NCBI GenBank assembly: GCA_964613815.1
Contig: CAZTKG010000003.1
Span: 1 to 52,902, forward strand
DNA: 52,902 nucleotides
Source of the DNA: an uncultured Gammaproteobacteria bacterium
GTDB taxonomy: Bacteria > Patescibacteriota > Patescibacteriia > UBA9934
Direction of reading: 5' to 3'
The notes under the pieces: generated by a model
The model's database searches: none
Told to the model about the DNA's origin: nothing
The model's input: the letters and a program-made list of their open reading frames with translations, nothing else
Translations under genes and position numbers: made by a program
Shown here: positions 44,244 through 52,902 of the stretch, in pieces
How positions within the stretch are numbered: the stretch's first letter is position 1
Layout of the letters: each line of letters starts with the position of its first letter

Positions 44244-45635
44244 TTAAGCGTTTAAGCGTTTTCTGACGTGATCAGCGACTTCGCTGATGTTTACTCGCTC
44301 CTGTTTCATGGTGTCGCGGTCTCGGATCGTGACAGCCTGATCCTCTAGAGAATCGAAATCTATGGTAATGCAAAGTGGGGTGCCGATTTCGTCCTGACGG
44401 CGGTAGCGCTTTCCGATGGATTGCGTTTCGTCGTAGTCGACATTCCAATGAGGTGATAGTCGGTCTAGGACGGCTTTTGATAATTCCTGAAGGTCTGGCT
44501 TTTTGGAGAGCGGGAGGACAGCAGCTTTGAACGGAGCCAGTCTCGGGTGGAATCGGAGGACGGTTCTGGTGTCGACTTTCCCGTCTGCGGATCTGATCTC
44601 TTCCTCGTCGTATGCCTCGAGCATAGCCATTAGGGTGAGGCGGGAGAGGCCGAAGGTTGGCTCTACGACATGGGGGGTGAATTTTTCGTTTGTTGTTGGG
44701 TCTTGATAGCTGAGATCTTTTCCTGAGTGTTCGGCGTGGTTCTTGAGATCAAAATCGGTCCTGTACGCGAGCCCGAACATCTCCTTCCATCCAAACGGCG
44801 TGTTGTATTCGATGTCCACGGTGCGTTTTGAGTAGTGTGAGAGTTCGTCCTTTGTATGCTCTCGGACGCGGGTTGATTCTGATTTGAAATTCATCTCTGC
44901 GAGCCAGGATTTCATTTCTTCAAGCCATGCGTTGAAATGCGTTTCCCAGTTTTCTTCGCGAATGAAGTACTCGAATTCCATCAGATCGAATTCCAGGGTG
45001 CGGAAAATGAAGTTTCCTGGAGTGATTTCGTTTCTGAAGACTTTTCCGACGGAAGCGATACCGAATGGGAGGCGCTTTCGGGATGTTTGGAGGACGTTTT
45101 TGAAGTTGACGAACATAGCTTGCGCGATCTCTCCTCGGAGGTAGACGCGATCCTTAGCGTCGGCTGTTTTTCCGATGGAGGTCTCGAACATTAAGTTAAA
45201 CTTTCTTGCGTCCGTGAACTGATCTTTATTGCCGCATTTTGGGCAAGCAAGGTCTTTTTCTTTGATGATTGCCGTGAGCTCCTCTGGAGAAAGGCCATCG
45301 ACTTTGAGGTCGGGATGCGCGTTCTCGATGAGGTGATCGGCTCGGTGACGCGCTTTGCAGGCTCGACAGTCAATGAGCGCGTCGTCGAAATTAGCGACAT
45401 GACCAGATGCCTGCCAGACTTTTGGATTCATCATGATTGCGGCATCGATACCGACCATGTCTGTGCGTTGGTGAACGAATCGTTGCCACCACCAATCGCG
45501 GATATTGTTTTTGAGCTCAGTTCCGAGCGGCCCAAAGTCCCAGGAGTTTGCGAGACCTCCGTAAATATCAGAACCGGGGAAGATGAATCCCCGTTTCTTT
45601 GTTAGGTTTACCAGCTTGTCCATGGTGACAGGCAT
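44244..45635 (-). CDS. glyQS: glycine--tRNA ligase (homodimeric type)
   Basis: RGFIFPGSDIYGG, FNLMF, YLRGEIAQ, FRNEITPGNFIFRTLEF, VVEPTFG, IGKRYRRQDEIGTP. Confidence 0.96.
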   Translation of the reverse strand: MPVTMDKLVNLTKKRGFIFPGSDIYGGLANSWDFGPLGTELKNNIRDWWWQRFVHQRTDMVGIDAAIMMNPKVWQASGHVANFDDALIDCRACKARHRADHLIENAHPDLKVDGLSPEELTAIIKEKDLACPKCGNKDQFTDARKFNLMFETSIGKTADAKDRVYLRGEIAQAMFVNFKNVLQTSRKRLPFGIASVGKVFRNEITPGNFIFRTLEFDLMEFEYFIREENWETHFNAWLEEMKSWLAEMNFKSESTRVREHTKDELSHYSKRTVDIEYNTPFGWKEMFGLAYRTDFDLKNHAEHSGKDLSYQDPTTNEKFTPHVVEPTFGLSRLTLMAMLEAYDEEEIRSADGKVDTRTVLRFHPRLAPFKAAVLPLSKKPDLQELSKAVLDRLSPHWNVDYDETQSIGKRYRRQDEIGTPLCITIDFDSLEDQAVTIRDRDTMKQERVNISEVADHVRKRLNA

Positions 45636-45636
45636 A

Positions 45637-46179
45637 CTAGACTGTTGTGATTTCTGTTTCTTTGTTTTTGGCGATCTCGTCGATTTGCGCGTTGATGCGC
45701 TTTACGGCCTCGTCGAGCTCTTCTTTTTGACCGTGAATATCGTCTTTTCCAACACCTTCTTGTTTTTCGATCTGCTTTTTCACATCTTCGCGGATTTGGC
45801 GAATAGCAATCTTTGCTTCTTCGATCTTTTCTTTCATGACCTTTACCATCTTCTGCCGAGTTTCGTCGGTCATCATTGGCATGGTGAGGCGGATGATCTT
45901 TCCATCGACAAGTGGCGTGATGCCAATGCTTGATGACTGGATTGCGCTATCAATCGCCGTTGCTACTGAGGCATCCCAGGGTTCGATTTGGATCGTCTTA
46001 GCATCTGGCGTGCTAATGGATGCGAGCGATTTTAGCGGCTGAGAGGCCCCATATGCAGGGATTTGAAGGTCTTCTACAAGAGCTGGTGTCGCCCGCCCCG
46101 TTCGGACGGTGGCAAGCTCAGATTTTAAATGCTCTACCGCTTTTTGGAATTGCGGCTCTGCTTCTTTTGTGAGTGACAT
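45637..46179 (-). CDS. frr: ribosome recycling factor
   Basis: VRTGRATPALV, IQIEPWD, EAKIAIRQIR. Confidence 0.95.
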   Translation of the reverse strand: MSLTKEAEPQFQKAVEHLKSELATVRTGRATPALVEDLQIPAYGASQPLKSLASISTPDAKTIQIEPWDASVATAIDSAIQSSSIGITPLVDGKIIRLTMPMMTDETRQKMVKVMKEKIEEAKIAIRQIREDVKKQIEKQEGVGKDDIHGQKEELDEAVKRINAQIDEIAKNKETEITTV

Positions 46180-46213
46180 ATACCTGCTAGTTTTGCCTAA
46201 AAACTGGATTTCG

Positions 46214-47269
46214 TCAATCGTCTGAAGCGGAGAATCCGGTCAGGATGCGCGTCCCGTCTGCGCGGTGGACAACGAGGTCCGACGGCGTTCGCTGTGATGG
46301 CAAGTCTTCGGTTCTCCAGGTCACACCTCCGTCTTCCGTTGCGTAAAATACGCTTTCTGTTGAGTAGAAGATTCTATTTGCATCGTTTGGATCTACGGTG
46401 AATGCGTAAATGCGCTCATCTCCTGGTGCAGTGAGAAGGTTCAGCTCCTCCCATGAAGAAGCGAAATCTGTTGATCGCAGAAGGCCGTATTTTGTATTGA
46501 TAATGACTACTTCCCCGTCATCGTCTTGTGCGAGTCCGTATGTCTTTTGACTGAAGCTGAAGTTTTTTTGCAATTCGTCTTCTAGCTCTTCCCATGTCTC
46601 TCCATGATCGGCTGTTCTGCTGACACCGTCTTCTGCTGTTGCGACGAGGACCTGTCTGCTGTCGGTGCTGTTGATGAGAAGGTCGGTTACGTAGTCGTCA
46701 ATTCTATAGACGACTGCCCATGTTTCTCCTGAGTCTGTTGATTTGAATACTTCGCCGCTTGATGTCCCGAGCCACATAATCGTTGGATCGTACCAGTCGA
46801 GCGCGAACGCTGTGAGCTCTTCTTTTTCCCGGTTCTCTGCGTAGACCATCTCCCAATCCCTGGCACAAGTGTTTGATTTGAGGAGCTCGCCTGGTTTGAG
46901 CGCGTAGATCGTGCAGATGTTTGTGGAGTCTACGGAAATGTCGATAATGTTGCCGTTTGTAATTTCGGGGTTTTCTGGGCGACTCCAAGATGTGCCGTAA
47001 TCGTAGCTATAGAAGAGGCCATTTGTTGCGGTCCCCATGTAGTAGACACTTTCGTCTGATGGGTCGATTTCGATTGACGAGACGTTTACGCCCGCGATTG
47101 AACCCACGCCGCTTGCAGATGGAAGAGCTGCGAGCTGGGACCAGGTCTCTCCTGAATCTTTTGATGACCAGAGTGACCCGTCTGAACTGGTGGACGAGGA
47201 GCTTCCGCAGCCGAAGCCAGCGAGAAGGAGGATGCCGAATAATGAAACGATGATGTGGCGAGAATGCAT
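46214..47269 (-). CDS. lipoprotein with BNR/Asp-box repeats (beta-propeller, YCF48/sortilin-like)
   Basis: Lipobox-like LAGFGC; repeated S-x-D-x-G-x-T-W motifs. Confidence 0.85.
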   Translation of the reverse strand: MHSRHIIVSLFGILLLAGFGCGSSSSTSSDGSLWSSKDSGETWSQLAALPSASGVGSIAGVNVSSIEIDPSDESVYYMGTATNGLFYSYDYGTSWSRPENPEITNGNIIDISVDSTNICTIYALKPGELLKSNTCARDWEMVYAENREKEELTAFALDWYDPTIMWLGTSSGEVFKSTDSGETWAVVYRIDDYVTDLLINSTDSRQVLVATAEDGVSRTADHGETWEELEDELQKNFSFSQKTYGLAQDDDGEVVIINTKYGLLRSTDFASSWEELNLLTAPGDERIYAFTVDPNDANRIFYSTESVFYATEDGGVTWRTEDLPSQRTPSDLVVHRADGTRILTGFSASDD

Positions 47270-47278
47270 AGTTCGCTT

Positions 47279-48130
47279 TTAAAGCCCCCTAGCGAACCAC
47301 TCGAGGGCGAGTTGTTTGTTTGTATTTCTTTGAAGTGACCGCTCTACGTCGGTGAGTCTTAATAGCGCTCGTGCGGATTTGAGCGCTGACTTACTTGGGT
47401 CCAAGAGCGCTTGGTCAAGATCTTTTTTGAGCGCATGGCGCCATAGGGTGATTATACCTGGAATGCGATTTTTTTGCTTGTCTTTGGCGATGCTGCCCGC
47501 GATCTTGAAACGTGTGACGAGGTCGCCGTTTAGGAAGTCGGATGCGAGGGTTGTGATTTCTTGATGTTCGGTGAGTGCATCTGGGTCCATGAGCTCGATG
47601 AGTTTGCCGGGGCGACCTATGGCGGAGATGATGAGATCTTGGTCGGTTGATAGGGCCTCGAGGTCTTGATTACTGACGAGGTTGAAATAGATGTGCGCCA
47701 TGCGGGAACGGATGGTTGGGAGGAGTCTGTTTGGGTGAGCGGAGATGAGGATAATGAGAGCGTTGCCTCGTGGCTCTTCGAGGGTTTTGAGGAGGGCGTT
47801 TTGGGCGGCCGTGGTCATGAGATGGGCGTCTTCTATGATGAGAACCTTACTGCCTCCGCCTAGGGATGAGAGGTGCATTCTTTGGCGGGCGTTTCGAATG
47901 GTTTCTACGGATATTTTGCCCTCCTCTGCGGTGATTGACTGCCAGTTCGGGTTTTGCTCGGGTTTTGAGGAGGCTGCGGCGGAGGCGAATGCTTTTGCCA
48001 TGAGATGTTTGCCGGTCTTCGCAGGGCCGAAAAAGCCGTAGGCGTGGGTGATCTTGCCTGCTGCGAGGATGCGGTTTAGGTAGTCTTTTTGAGCGGAATG
48101 CCCAATGATTTTGGAGAAATCGGCCTGCAT
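47279..48130 (-). CDS. holB: DNA polymerase III subunit delta'
   Basis: IIGH, THAYGFFGPAKTGK, IIEDAHLMTTAAQNALLKTLEEP, LLPTIRSR; start placed at ATG 48130. Confidence 0.88.
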   Translation of the reverse strand: MQADFSKIIGHSAQKDYLNRILAAGKITHAYGFFGPAKTGKHLMAKAFASAAASSKPEQNPNWQSITAEEGKISVETIRNARQRMHLSSLGGGSKVLIIEDAHLMTTAAQNALLKTLEEPRGNALIILISAHPNRLLPTIRSRMAHIYFNLVSNQDLEALSTDQDLIISAIGRPGKLIELMDPDALTEHQEITTLASDFLNGDLVTRFKIAGSIAKDKQKNRIPGIITLWRHALKKDLDQALLDPSKSALKSARALLRLTDVERSLQRNTNKQLALEWFARGL

Positions 48131-48160
48131 GGGGGCATTGTAGCATAGGTAGTGCCGAGG

Positions 48161-48236
48161 AGATCTCTTCACAAGGTCGAGATGGGAAACGTAGAGGTCA
48201 TTCTTCATTTCCATCTCGACCGAAGTGGAGAGATCT
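48161..48236. repeat. REP-like inverted doublet, second copy (opposite arrangement)
   Basis: Right arm CCATCTCGACCGAAGTGGAGAGATCT matches the 29916 consensus at 24 of 26 positions; the left arm is a degenerate inverse. Confidence 0.75.
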
Positions 48237-48466
48237 TGTATTTTGCTTTTTTTCACCCTCCTGCTTTCCCTTATTTTCTTATATTTTTACTAAAATTAGC
48301 TATTTTTTTGTACTTTTAGCATCTTAATACTGTTCACCAAGTCTTGACAAAACCTGTTTTTTATGCTATATTGAACCCTTCGTCAAACTGACGAAACCCC
48401 TTCTTTCAACCGGATTCCTTAGCAATTTCTGCGACGGAGTCTTCCCTCTAAAACACTGGTCATTCC

Positions 48467-49156
48467 ATGGAGAACGAAATGACTCAGCGTGAGAACAACG
48501 GACGGCGCGGCGGACGTAGCAAGCGCGGACGGCGAGACGAGCGGCGGCCCCGGGAGACCGGTGGCAGCCAGGCGGAACAGAAGCTCCGCAACGCTCCAAG
48601 CCCGTTCGTCATCGGCGTCGATGCCCTGCACGGGTGGCGGCGCGGCGACGAGCCCTACTTCGCGAACGAAAAGCGGATGATGATGGCGCCCCTCAGGGCC
48701 CTCGTGGTCCTGGTGGGCACCAAGTTCGTGCGCGGTGGCCCGCATGCCATGCGGCGAGTGGCCGAGATCGGCTGTCAGGTCAAGCTCGAGTTCTTCCCCC
48801 AGGACGACCGGGTCCCGTACCCGGATACGGCCTGGATGGAGATGCGAAAGGCGAATGACGATGCGGCCGCAACCGAGCTCCTCATGTGGGCCCATCGTGC
48901 AGGCGTCTGCGTCTTGGATCTCGTCCCCACGGACGACATCCAGCGCTTCCGCTTCGAGAGCGACGCGGAGGCCGCGGCGCGAATCCTCGATGCCCTCAAG
49001 CCCGAGTTCGTGAGCGCAGCGGCGGCTATGATGGCTTCGGCCGGCATCGAGCTGCCCGCACCCGAGCCCGCCCCTGAGGCCGATGGCGAGGGCGAGGACC
49101 TCGAGCCGCCCGTCAACCTCGACGCGGCACGGGCCGCGCTCGAGGGCAATTCGTAG
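48467..49156 (+). CDS. hypothetical protein with Arg/Gly-rich N-terminus and acidic Pro-rich C-terminus
   Basis: 229 aa; GC-rich codon bias; upstream TTGACA-N17-TATATT. Confidence 0.7.
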   Translation: MENEMTQRENNGRRGGRSKRGRRDERRPRETGGSQAEQKLRNAPSPFVIGVDALHGWRRGDEPYFANEKRMMMAPLRALVVLVGTKFVRGGPHAMRRVAEIGCQVKLEFFPQDDRVPYPDTAWMEMRKANDDAAATELLMWAHRAGVCVLDLVPTDDIQRFRFESDAEAAARILDALKPEFVSAAAAMMASAGIELPAPEPAPEADGEGEDLEPPVNLDAARAALEGNS

Positions 49157-49184
49157 GCTCCGCTCCTTCCGCAACTCGACTCCC

Positions 49185-49532
49185 CCTCTCATCATCGCAT
49201 CTGCGGTGCTCTGAGAGGGATCACTCAAACATTCTGATGTGCCCACCCACATTGGGATGTTCGAGTGGACATTACAACTTAGCTGGAATTTTTCTTCTGT
49301 AATCACTCTTTTTGACATGAGTGCTGACAGAAGGAAAATTCTCATCACCCTGGAGGGGAGAGATGTGGCCTGCGGATGGGAGGAGGAGTCCCGCCGCGGT
49401 CGGTATACAAGTGCCTGGATTCGGCTTTTGCTGACCCCATGTACACGCCCGTATACCACTGAAGCACATTGCCCTTGGGCGATCACTGTTTCGTGCACTT
49501 GGCTTGCCTTGTGCCTCACCTCCAGATTGATG
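49185..49532. ncRNA. candidate structured non-coding RNA or 5' leader
   Basis: At least five predicted stems, including a 15-bp GAATTTTTCTTCTGT/ACAGAAGGAAAATTC and a long-range CTGGAGG/CCTCCAG pairing; no known family recognised. Confidence 0.35.
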
Positions 49533-49589
49533 GGAGTTTTCCCGTTTTTTCATAGCTACCCCTACCACTGCACATCATGGAGAACATTG

Positions 49590-51107
49590 ATGCAGTACTT
49601 CGAAAACCTGTTTCGGTCCGATGAGGACCCGCGAGAGTTTGTCCCCGCATGGGAGAACGAGCTCCAGCGGCGTACCATCGCCGCTCAGCGAACGCGGATG
49701 CGCTGGCACAAGCCCGCCACTCCTCGCGCGCGCAAGCGTTTCATGCAGCGACTCGAGAATGAGAGCGCTCGTCAGATGAGGACGTTCTCGAAGCGGAAGC
49801 GGCGGGCCTGGATCGGTCACCGCGGAACCAACGAGCTCACCCACGATCGGAACGGCAACGTTCGGATCGGTGACGAGAACACGTGGGACTGCCCCGACTG
49901 GGGCTACGACAACATGAGCGCTCCGCGGCCCGAACTGCAGCGGAAGCACGAGTGGGTGGAGATCAATGAGATCACGCCCTTCCACCTCGAGGCTGGATAC
50001 GAGGGCCACCAGGGCGACCTGATGGACCACGTTTTCCCCGACGAGTATGCGGATGACGGCGCGTGGGACGAGATGCTGTGTGAGGAGTTCGAGCGGCTCA
50101 AGAAGCTGCACGGCCTCCGCGACCGCGACTTCCACGACACCTTCTGTACGGACACCTCCGACGTGACGGAGGCAACGGCGATGTTCATCGACCGGAGCCG
50201 CCGCGCGACGGCGCAGACGAGTGACCTCAGCTATGATCAGCCCGCTCAGTCGAGCTCGAGCATGCAGCTCGATGAGATGTGGCGTCGGTCGAAGCTCGAA
50301 GAGCGCATCGATGATCGTTGGCACCGCCGATCTAGTGAGCCCAAGATGATGCTCGGACTCATTCGGGCTTCGAGCCCAATGAGTTCGGTCCGTCATAGCA
50401 GCGTCGTCATTCTCGACACGCCTCATATGCAGAAGTTCTTGGGCCGATATGCTCGCATTCGGCTCAAGGGCGGGCGACTCATCTGGATGCTCCACCCCAT
50501 GATGGACCCGCATTGCTGGATCTGCAATCGCTTGGACGCGATTTGCTCCCGCCACTATCGCCTGCGACAGGATCGTCCGCTCACGCGAGACGAATTCATC
50601 GCTTGGCGCGCACTGGAGCTGCGCGATCAGCTGGCACTGCTCGATCTGATCGACTGGGCGAGGGATAGCGCCTTTGCCCGTCAGAATGGACGGATGTATA
50701 TCGGGGATGCGTGCGGTCGCAAGCTGCATGAGATGACTGATGACGATATCGTCTCGTGGCGCTCCATGCCCCGCGAGGTTCGCGAGCAGCTTCTAGTGCC
50801 CGATGGTACCTGGTGTCTCGGACCCCGGCGACGTACCCGTCACCAGTCGTGGAAGTGCGGCACCAAGGTCCGCAAGACCTGGCAACGTCGCGTCATCGAT
50901 CGCCCCACGCGCAAGCGAAAGGCGAACCGGCGATGCACGACTGGCACCCTCGAGCTGAGCCGTGTTGGCAAGTACGAGCCAGCCTCCGCGTCTGTGCTTG
51001 GCAAGGTCCCTCACCGATGGACGTACGCGGATGACCTCGTCGTTCGTCGCTGGGCAGCCACTGAGTCTTCCTGCGACTGCGATGACACTCGCTCTATCGC
51101 GGCGTAG
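49590..51107 (+). CDS. orphan 505-aa protein with putative Zn site and basic C-terminus
   Basis: GGAGAA RBS before ATG 49590; HCWICNRLDAICSRH motif; Arg/Lys/Trp-rich tail. Confidence 0.65.
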   Translation: MQYFENLFRSDEDPREFVPAWENELQRRTIAAQRTRMRWHKPATPRARKRFMQRLENESARQMRTFSKRKRRAWIGHRGTNELTHDRNGNVRIGDENTWDCPDWGYDNMSAPRPELQRKHEWVEINEITPFHLEAGYEGHQGDLMDHVFPDEYADDGAWDEMLCEEFERLKKLHGLRDRDFHDTFCTDTSDVTEATAMFIDRSRRATAQTSDLSYDQPAQSSSSMQLDEMWRRSKLEERIDDRWHRRSSEPKMMLGLIRASSPMSSVRHSSVVILDTPHMQKFLGRYARIRLKGGRLIWMLHPMMDPHCWICNRLDAICSRHYRLRQDRPLTRDEFIAWRALELRDQLALLDLIDWARDSAFARQNGRMYIGDACGRKLHEMTDDDIVSWRSMPREVREQLLVPDGTWCLGPRRRTRHQSWKCGTKVRKTWQRRVIDRPTRKRKANRRCTTGTLELSRVGKYEPASASVLGKVPHRWTYADDLVVRRWAATESSCDCDDTRSIAA

Positions 51108-51118
51108 CCCCTGTTCGT

Positions 51119-51150
51119 GCCTAGGGGATGACCCTGTTCATCCCCTAGGC
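51119..51150. terminator. 13-bp perfect hairpin after the orphan ORF
   Basis: GCCTAGGGGATGA-CCCTGT-TCATCCCCTAGGC; no clear T-run. Confidence 0.45.
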
Positions 51151-51234
51151 CCTACCGTTTTGACCAGAAATGCGTTTCTGAGCAGAACGGTAAGTCAATT
51201 CTTTCAACCCATTTCTGAGCTGAAACTGTAGAGA

Positions 51235-51687
51235 TTGGAGAGAATAGCTGATATTTATGCAATGCAAAGATGGGAAGCTAGCAAGAAACGCCGGGAGCAG
51301 TACCTTGCCCTGAAAAGACTCGAAAAACGTAGACTTATTAAGCTACGTAAAGAAGGTCAACGACTCTATGTATCTCTCACTAATGTCGGCCGAATTGAAG
51401 CTCTTCTCGCCTCGATGAAGGAGTGTCGCGAGCTCTATCCTGATGGAGAATATTGTATGATTATCTACGATGTTCCTGAAGATATACGACGTATACGTGG
51501 AACAATACGCCGTCTTGTAAAAACCCTTGCCTTTAGGCAGCTGCAAAGAAGTGTGTGGGTTACTCGTCACAAGATTCATCGGTCTTTGTCAGAATATCTC
51601 CTTGCTACCAAATCTGATAAATACATCAAAGTTTTTACCGTGAGAAATCTTGATGCCGAGAGTCTATTCTCGGATGATCCTGCCTGA
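51235..51687 (+). CDS. PaaX-like protein (wHTH + Cas2-like domain)
   Basis: LKRLEKRRLI...SLTNVG winged-helix segment followed by DGEYCMIIYDVPEDIRRIRGTIRR...FRQLQRSVWV; true start uncertain. Confidence 0.75.
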   Translation: MERIADIYAMQRWEASKKRREQYLALKRLEKRRLIKLRKEGQRLYVSLTNVGRIEALLASMKECRELYPDGEYCMIIYDVPEDIRRIRGTIRRLVKTLAFRQLQRSVWVTRHKIHRSLSEYLLATKSDKYIKVFTVRNLDAESLFSDDPA

Positions 51688-51730
51688 TACAAAAGTGGTC
51701 CGTACGGACCACTTTTGTATCAGGCAGGAT
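51677..51730. repeat. perfect 54-bp palindrome with no loop
   Basis: ATCCTGCCTGATACAAAAGTGGTCCGT|ACGGACCACTTTTGTATCAGGCAGGAT. Confidence 0.95.
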
Positions 51731-51877
51731 GATGTATGTCTTTGTCATAAATGATCTGTGTGATCGTTCATGGCTGGATCGTGAACTGCTGCCCGGTGTG
51801 GCACTGGCGAGTCGTGATGTGCAGCTCCGGACTTGTAGACCGTCTATCATCGATCATGGATCGGGATCGCTTGAGGT

Positions 51878-52636
51878 TTATTTGCAATCCAATCTCTTTG
51901 CCTCGTTCCAGGCTATTTCTAGCGCAGCAAAGGCGGTTTCTGCGATGGATTTTGAGCGGATTTCTATGGCGACGATTTCTTTGTCGTAGCTGAAAAGCAT
52001 GAGTCTGTCGGCGCATACGGACATCTCTCCGTTTATTTTTGTGAGCTCTGGCGGGAGGACGGCGACGTCTTCACAGTCGAATTCCGTTCCTTTTAGGTCT
52101 CTCTCGGTGACAATGATGGAGCGTATTCTTCTTGGTTTTTCGATGACTTTTTTATAGTGCTTTCTTGCCTTGTATTTTGGATAGAGCGCGAGAAAGGCGT
52201 CATAGCCGATGATTTGAATGACATCGCCTTCTAATACCTCGTTTTCTTCCTGGATTGTTTGTAGACCCTCGATACTCTCGAAGTAGCGCACTCTTGGCTT
52301 TGACGACTCTCTTGATTGGAATGAGCCGAGAATTGGGATGAGTTTTGATGAAATCTCCTCCTGACGCGCCAGCTCTTGCCTTCGTTTATCCATGATCTTT
52401 CTGATGGTTTGTGGCGGTTCTGGCCTGTAGATTCTGACCCCTTCTTTTTCTGCTTGGATGCAAAGGCCTTTTTCGATGAGCCCCGTCAAAATTGAATAGA
52501 CGGAACCTCTTTTAATGCCGGTTTGTCGCGCGATGACTCCGGCTGATGCCTCTCCTAGTGTTGTAATCGTGGCATAAATCAGCGACTCGTTTTTCGAGAA
52601 GCCTATTTTTTGGAGGAGATCTGTCACCTCTTTCAT
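51878..52636 (-). CDS. TrmB family transcriptional regulator
   Basis: LQKIGFSKNESLIY...ASAGVIARQTGIKRGSVYSILTGLIEKGL HTH; PRVRYFESIEG. Confidence 0.9.
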   Translation of the reverse strand: MKEVTDLLQKIGFSKNESLIYATITTLGEASAGVIARQTGIKRGSVYSILTGLIEKGLCIQAEKEGVRIYRPEPPQTIRKIMDKRRQELARQEEISSKLIPILGSFQSRESSKPRVRYFESIEGLQTIQEENEVLEGDVIQIIGYDAFLALYPKYKARKHYKKVIEKPRRIRSIIVTERDLKGTEFDCEDVAVLPPELTKINGEMSVCADRLMLFSYDKEIVAIEIRSKSIAETAFAALEIAWNEAKRLDCK

Positions 52637-52637
52637 A

Positions 52638-52902
52638 CTAACGTACGCTCTTGATGACCTCCATGGTTTGCTGGGCAGTCTTTTGCCAGGAGAAATCTTT
52701 TAGGCGTTCTTTGCCGGCGTTTATAAGGATCCCTCTTCCCTCTTGGTCTTCTGTGATTCTGAGCATCGCCTCCGCCCACTCTTCTTCACTTTTTGTTCCC
52801 GCGATAAGCGCGGCGTTGCCGGCTATTTCCAGCAGTGCTGGAGTTCCGGACACGACCAGCGGAGTCTCAGCTGCCATTGCCTCTAGTGCAGGGAGGCCGA
52901 AG
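52638..52902 (-). CDS. glycosyltransferase family 4 (GT-B), C-terminal part; gene runs off the window
   Basis: (F)GLPALEAMAAETPLVVS...FSWQKTAQQT motif. Confidence 0.85.
   Translation of the reverse strand, partial: FGLPALEAMAAETPLVVSGTPALLEIAGNAALIAGTKSEEEWAEAMLRITEDQEGRGILINAGKERLKDFSWQKTAQQTMEVIKSVR

Noticed and set aside
49376-49396. GGAGGAGGAGTCCC resembling the RNase P RNA GAGGAAAGTCC motif
   Set aside because: The AAAG core is missing and I found no matching 3' conserved region.
49239-49589. N-terminal 117-aa extension of the 622-aa ORF call
   Set aside because: Atypical Trp/Cys-rich composition, overlap with dense RNA stems, and a good RBS at ATG 49590. Treated as non-coding, though not excluded.
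49575-50729. 384-aa minus-strand ORF
   Set aside because: Antisense shadow of the plus-strand ORF, which has the RBS and better coding pattern.
51235-51878. CRISPR-Cas locus suggested by the Cas2-like domain
   Set aside because: No repeat-spacer array, cas1 or effector gene in the window.
51729-51989. 86-aa plus-strand ORF after the palindrome
   Set aside because: No RBS or motif, and its 3' part overlaps the TrmB gene antisense.
1-52902. Stop-codon reassignment (code 25) as in Gracilibacteria/Absconditabacteria
   Set aside because: Conserved genes are intact under code 11 and several end properly at TGA.

Overview
A 52.9 kb bacterial chromosome segment. The gene set and style suggest a Patescibacteria/CPR organism (homodimeric glyQS, many orphan single-gene units, a PaaX/Cas2-like gene, a PEP-utilising fusion); this is inference, and the genetic code appears to be standard code 11. 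Housekeeping genes (hisS, glyQS, frr, tpiA, holB, rpmG, ABC-F, M16 peptidase) and five tRNAs (Trp, His, Thr-TGT, Tyr, Thr-GGT) are interleaved with accessory genes. I found no rRNA, CRISPR array, integrase or transposase. Main observations: (1) hisS is followed 13 nt later by a tRNA-His with no encoded G-1 and with A73, and the HisRS motif-2 loop is altered. Histidine ammonia-lyase (SSG MIO variant), a CntK-like racemase and two GNATs are transcribed divergently from it. (2) An Asp/Glu racemase + ATP-grasp ligase + DmpA + M24 peptidase cluster sits behind a structured leader. (3) Four divergent two-TM paralogs lie in tandem next to tRNA-Tyr, and there is a separate duplicated pair of secreted proteins. 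(4) Non-coding structure includes a tRNA-flanking hairpin family with covarying stems, a REP-like doublet family, a ~430 nt multi-hairpin leader before an orphan ORF, and a perfect 54-bp palindrome at the end of the PaaX/Cas2-like gene. All assignments come from motif recognition by eye; no searches were run.
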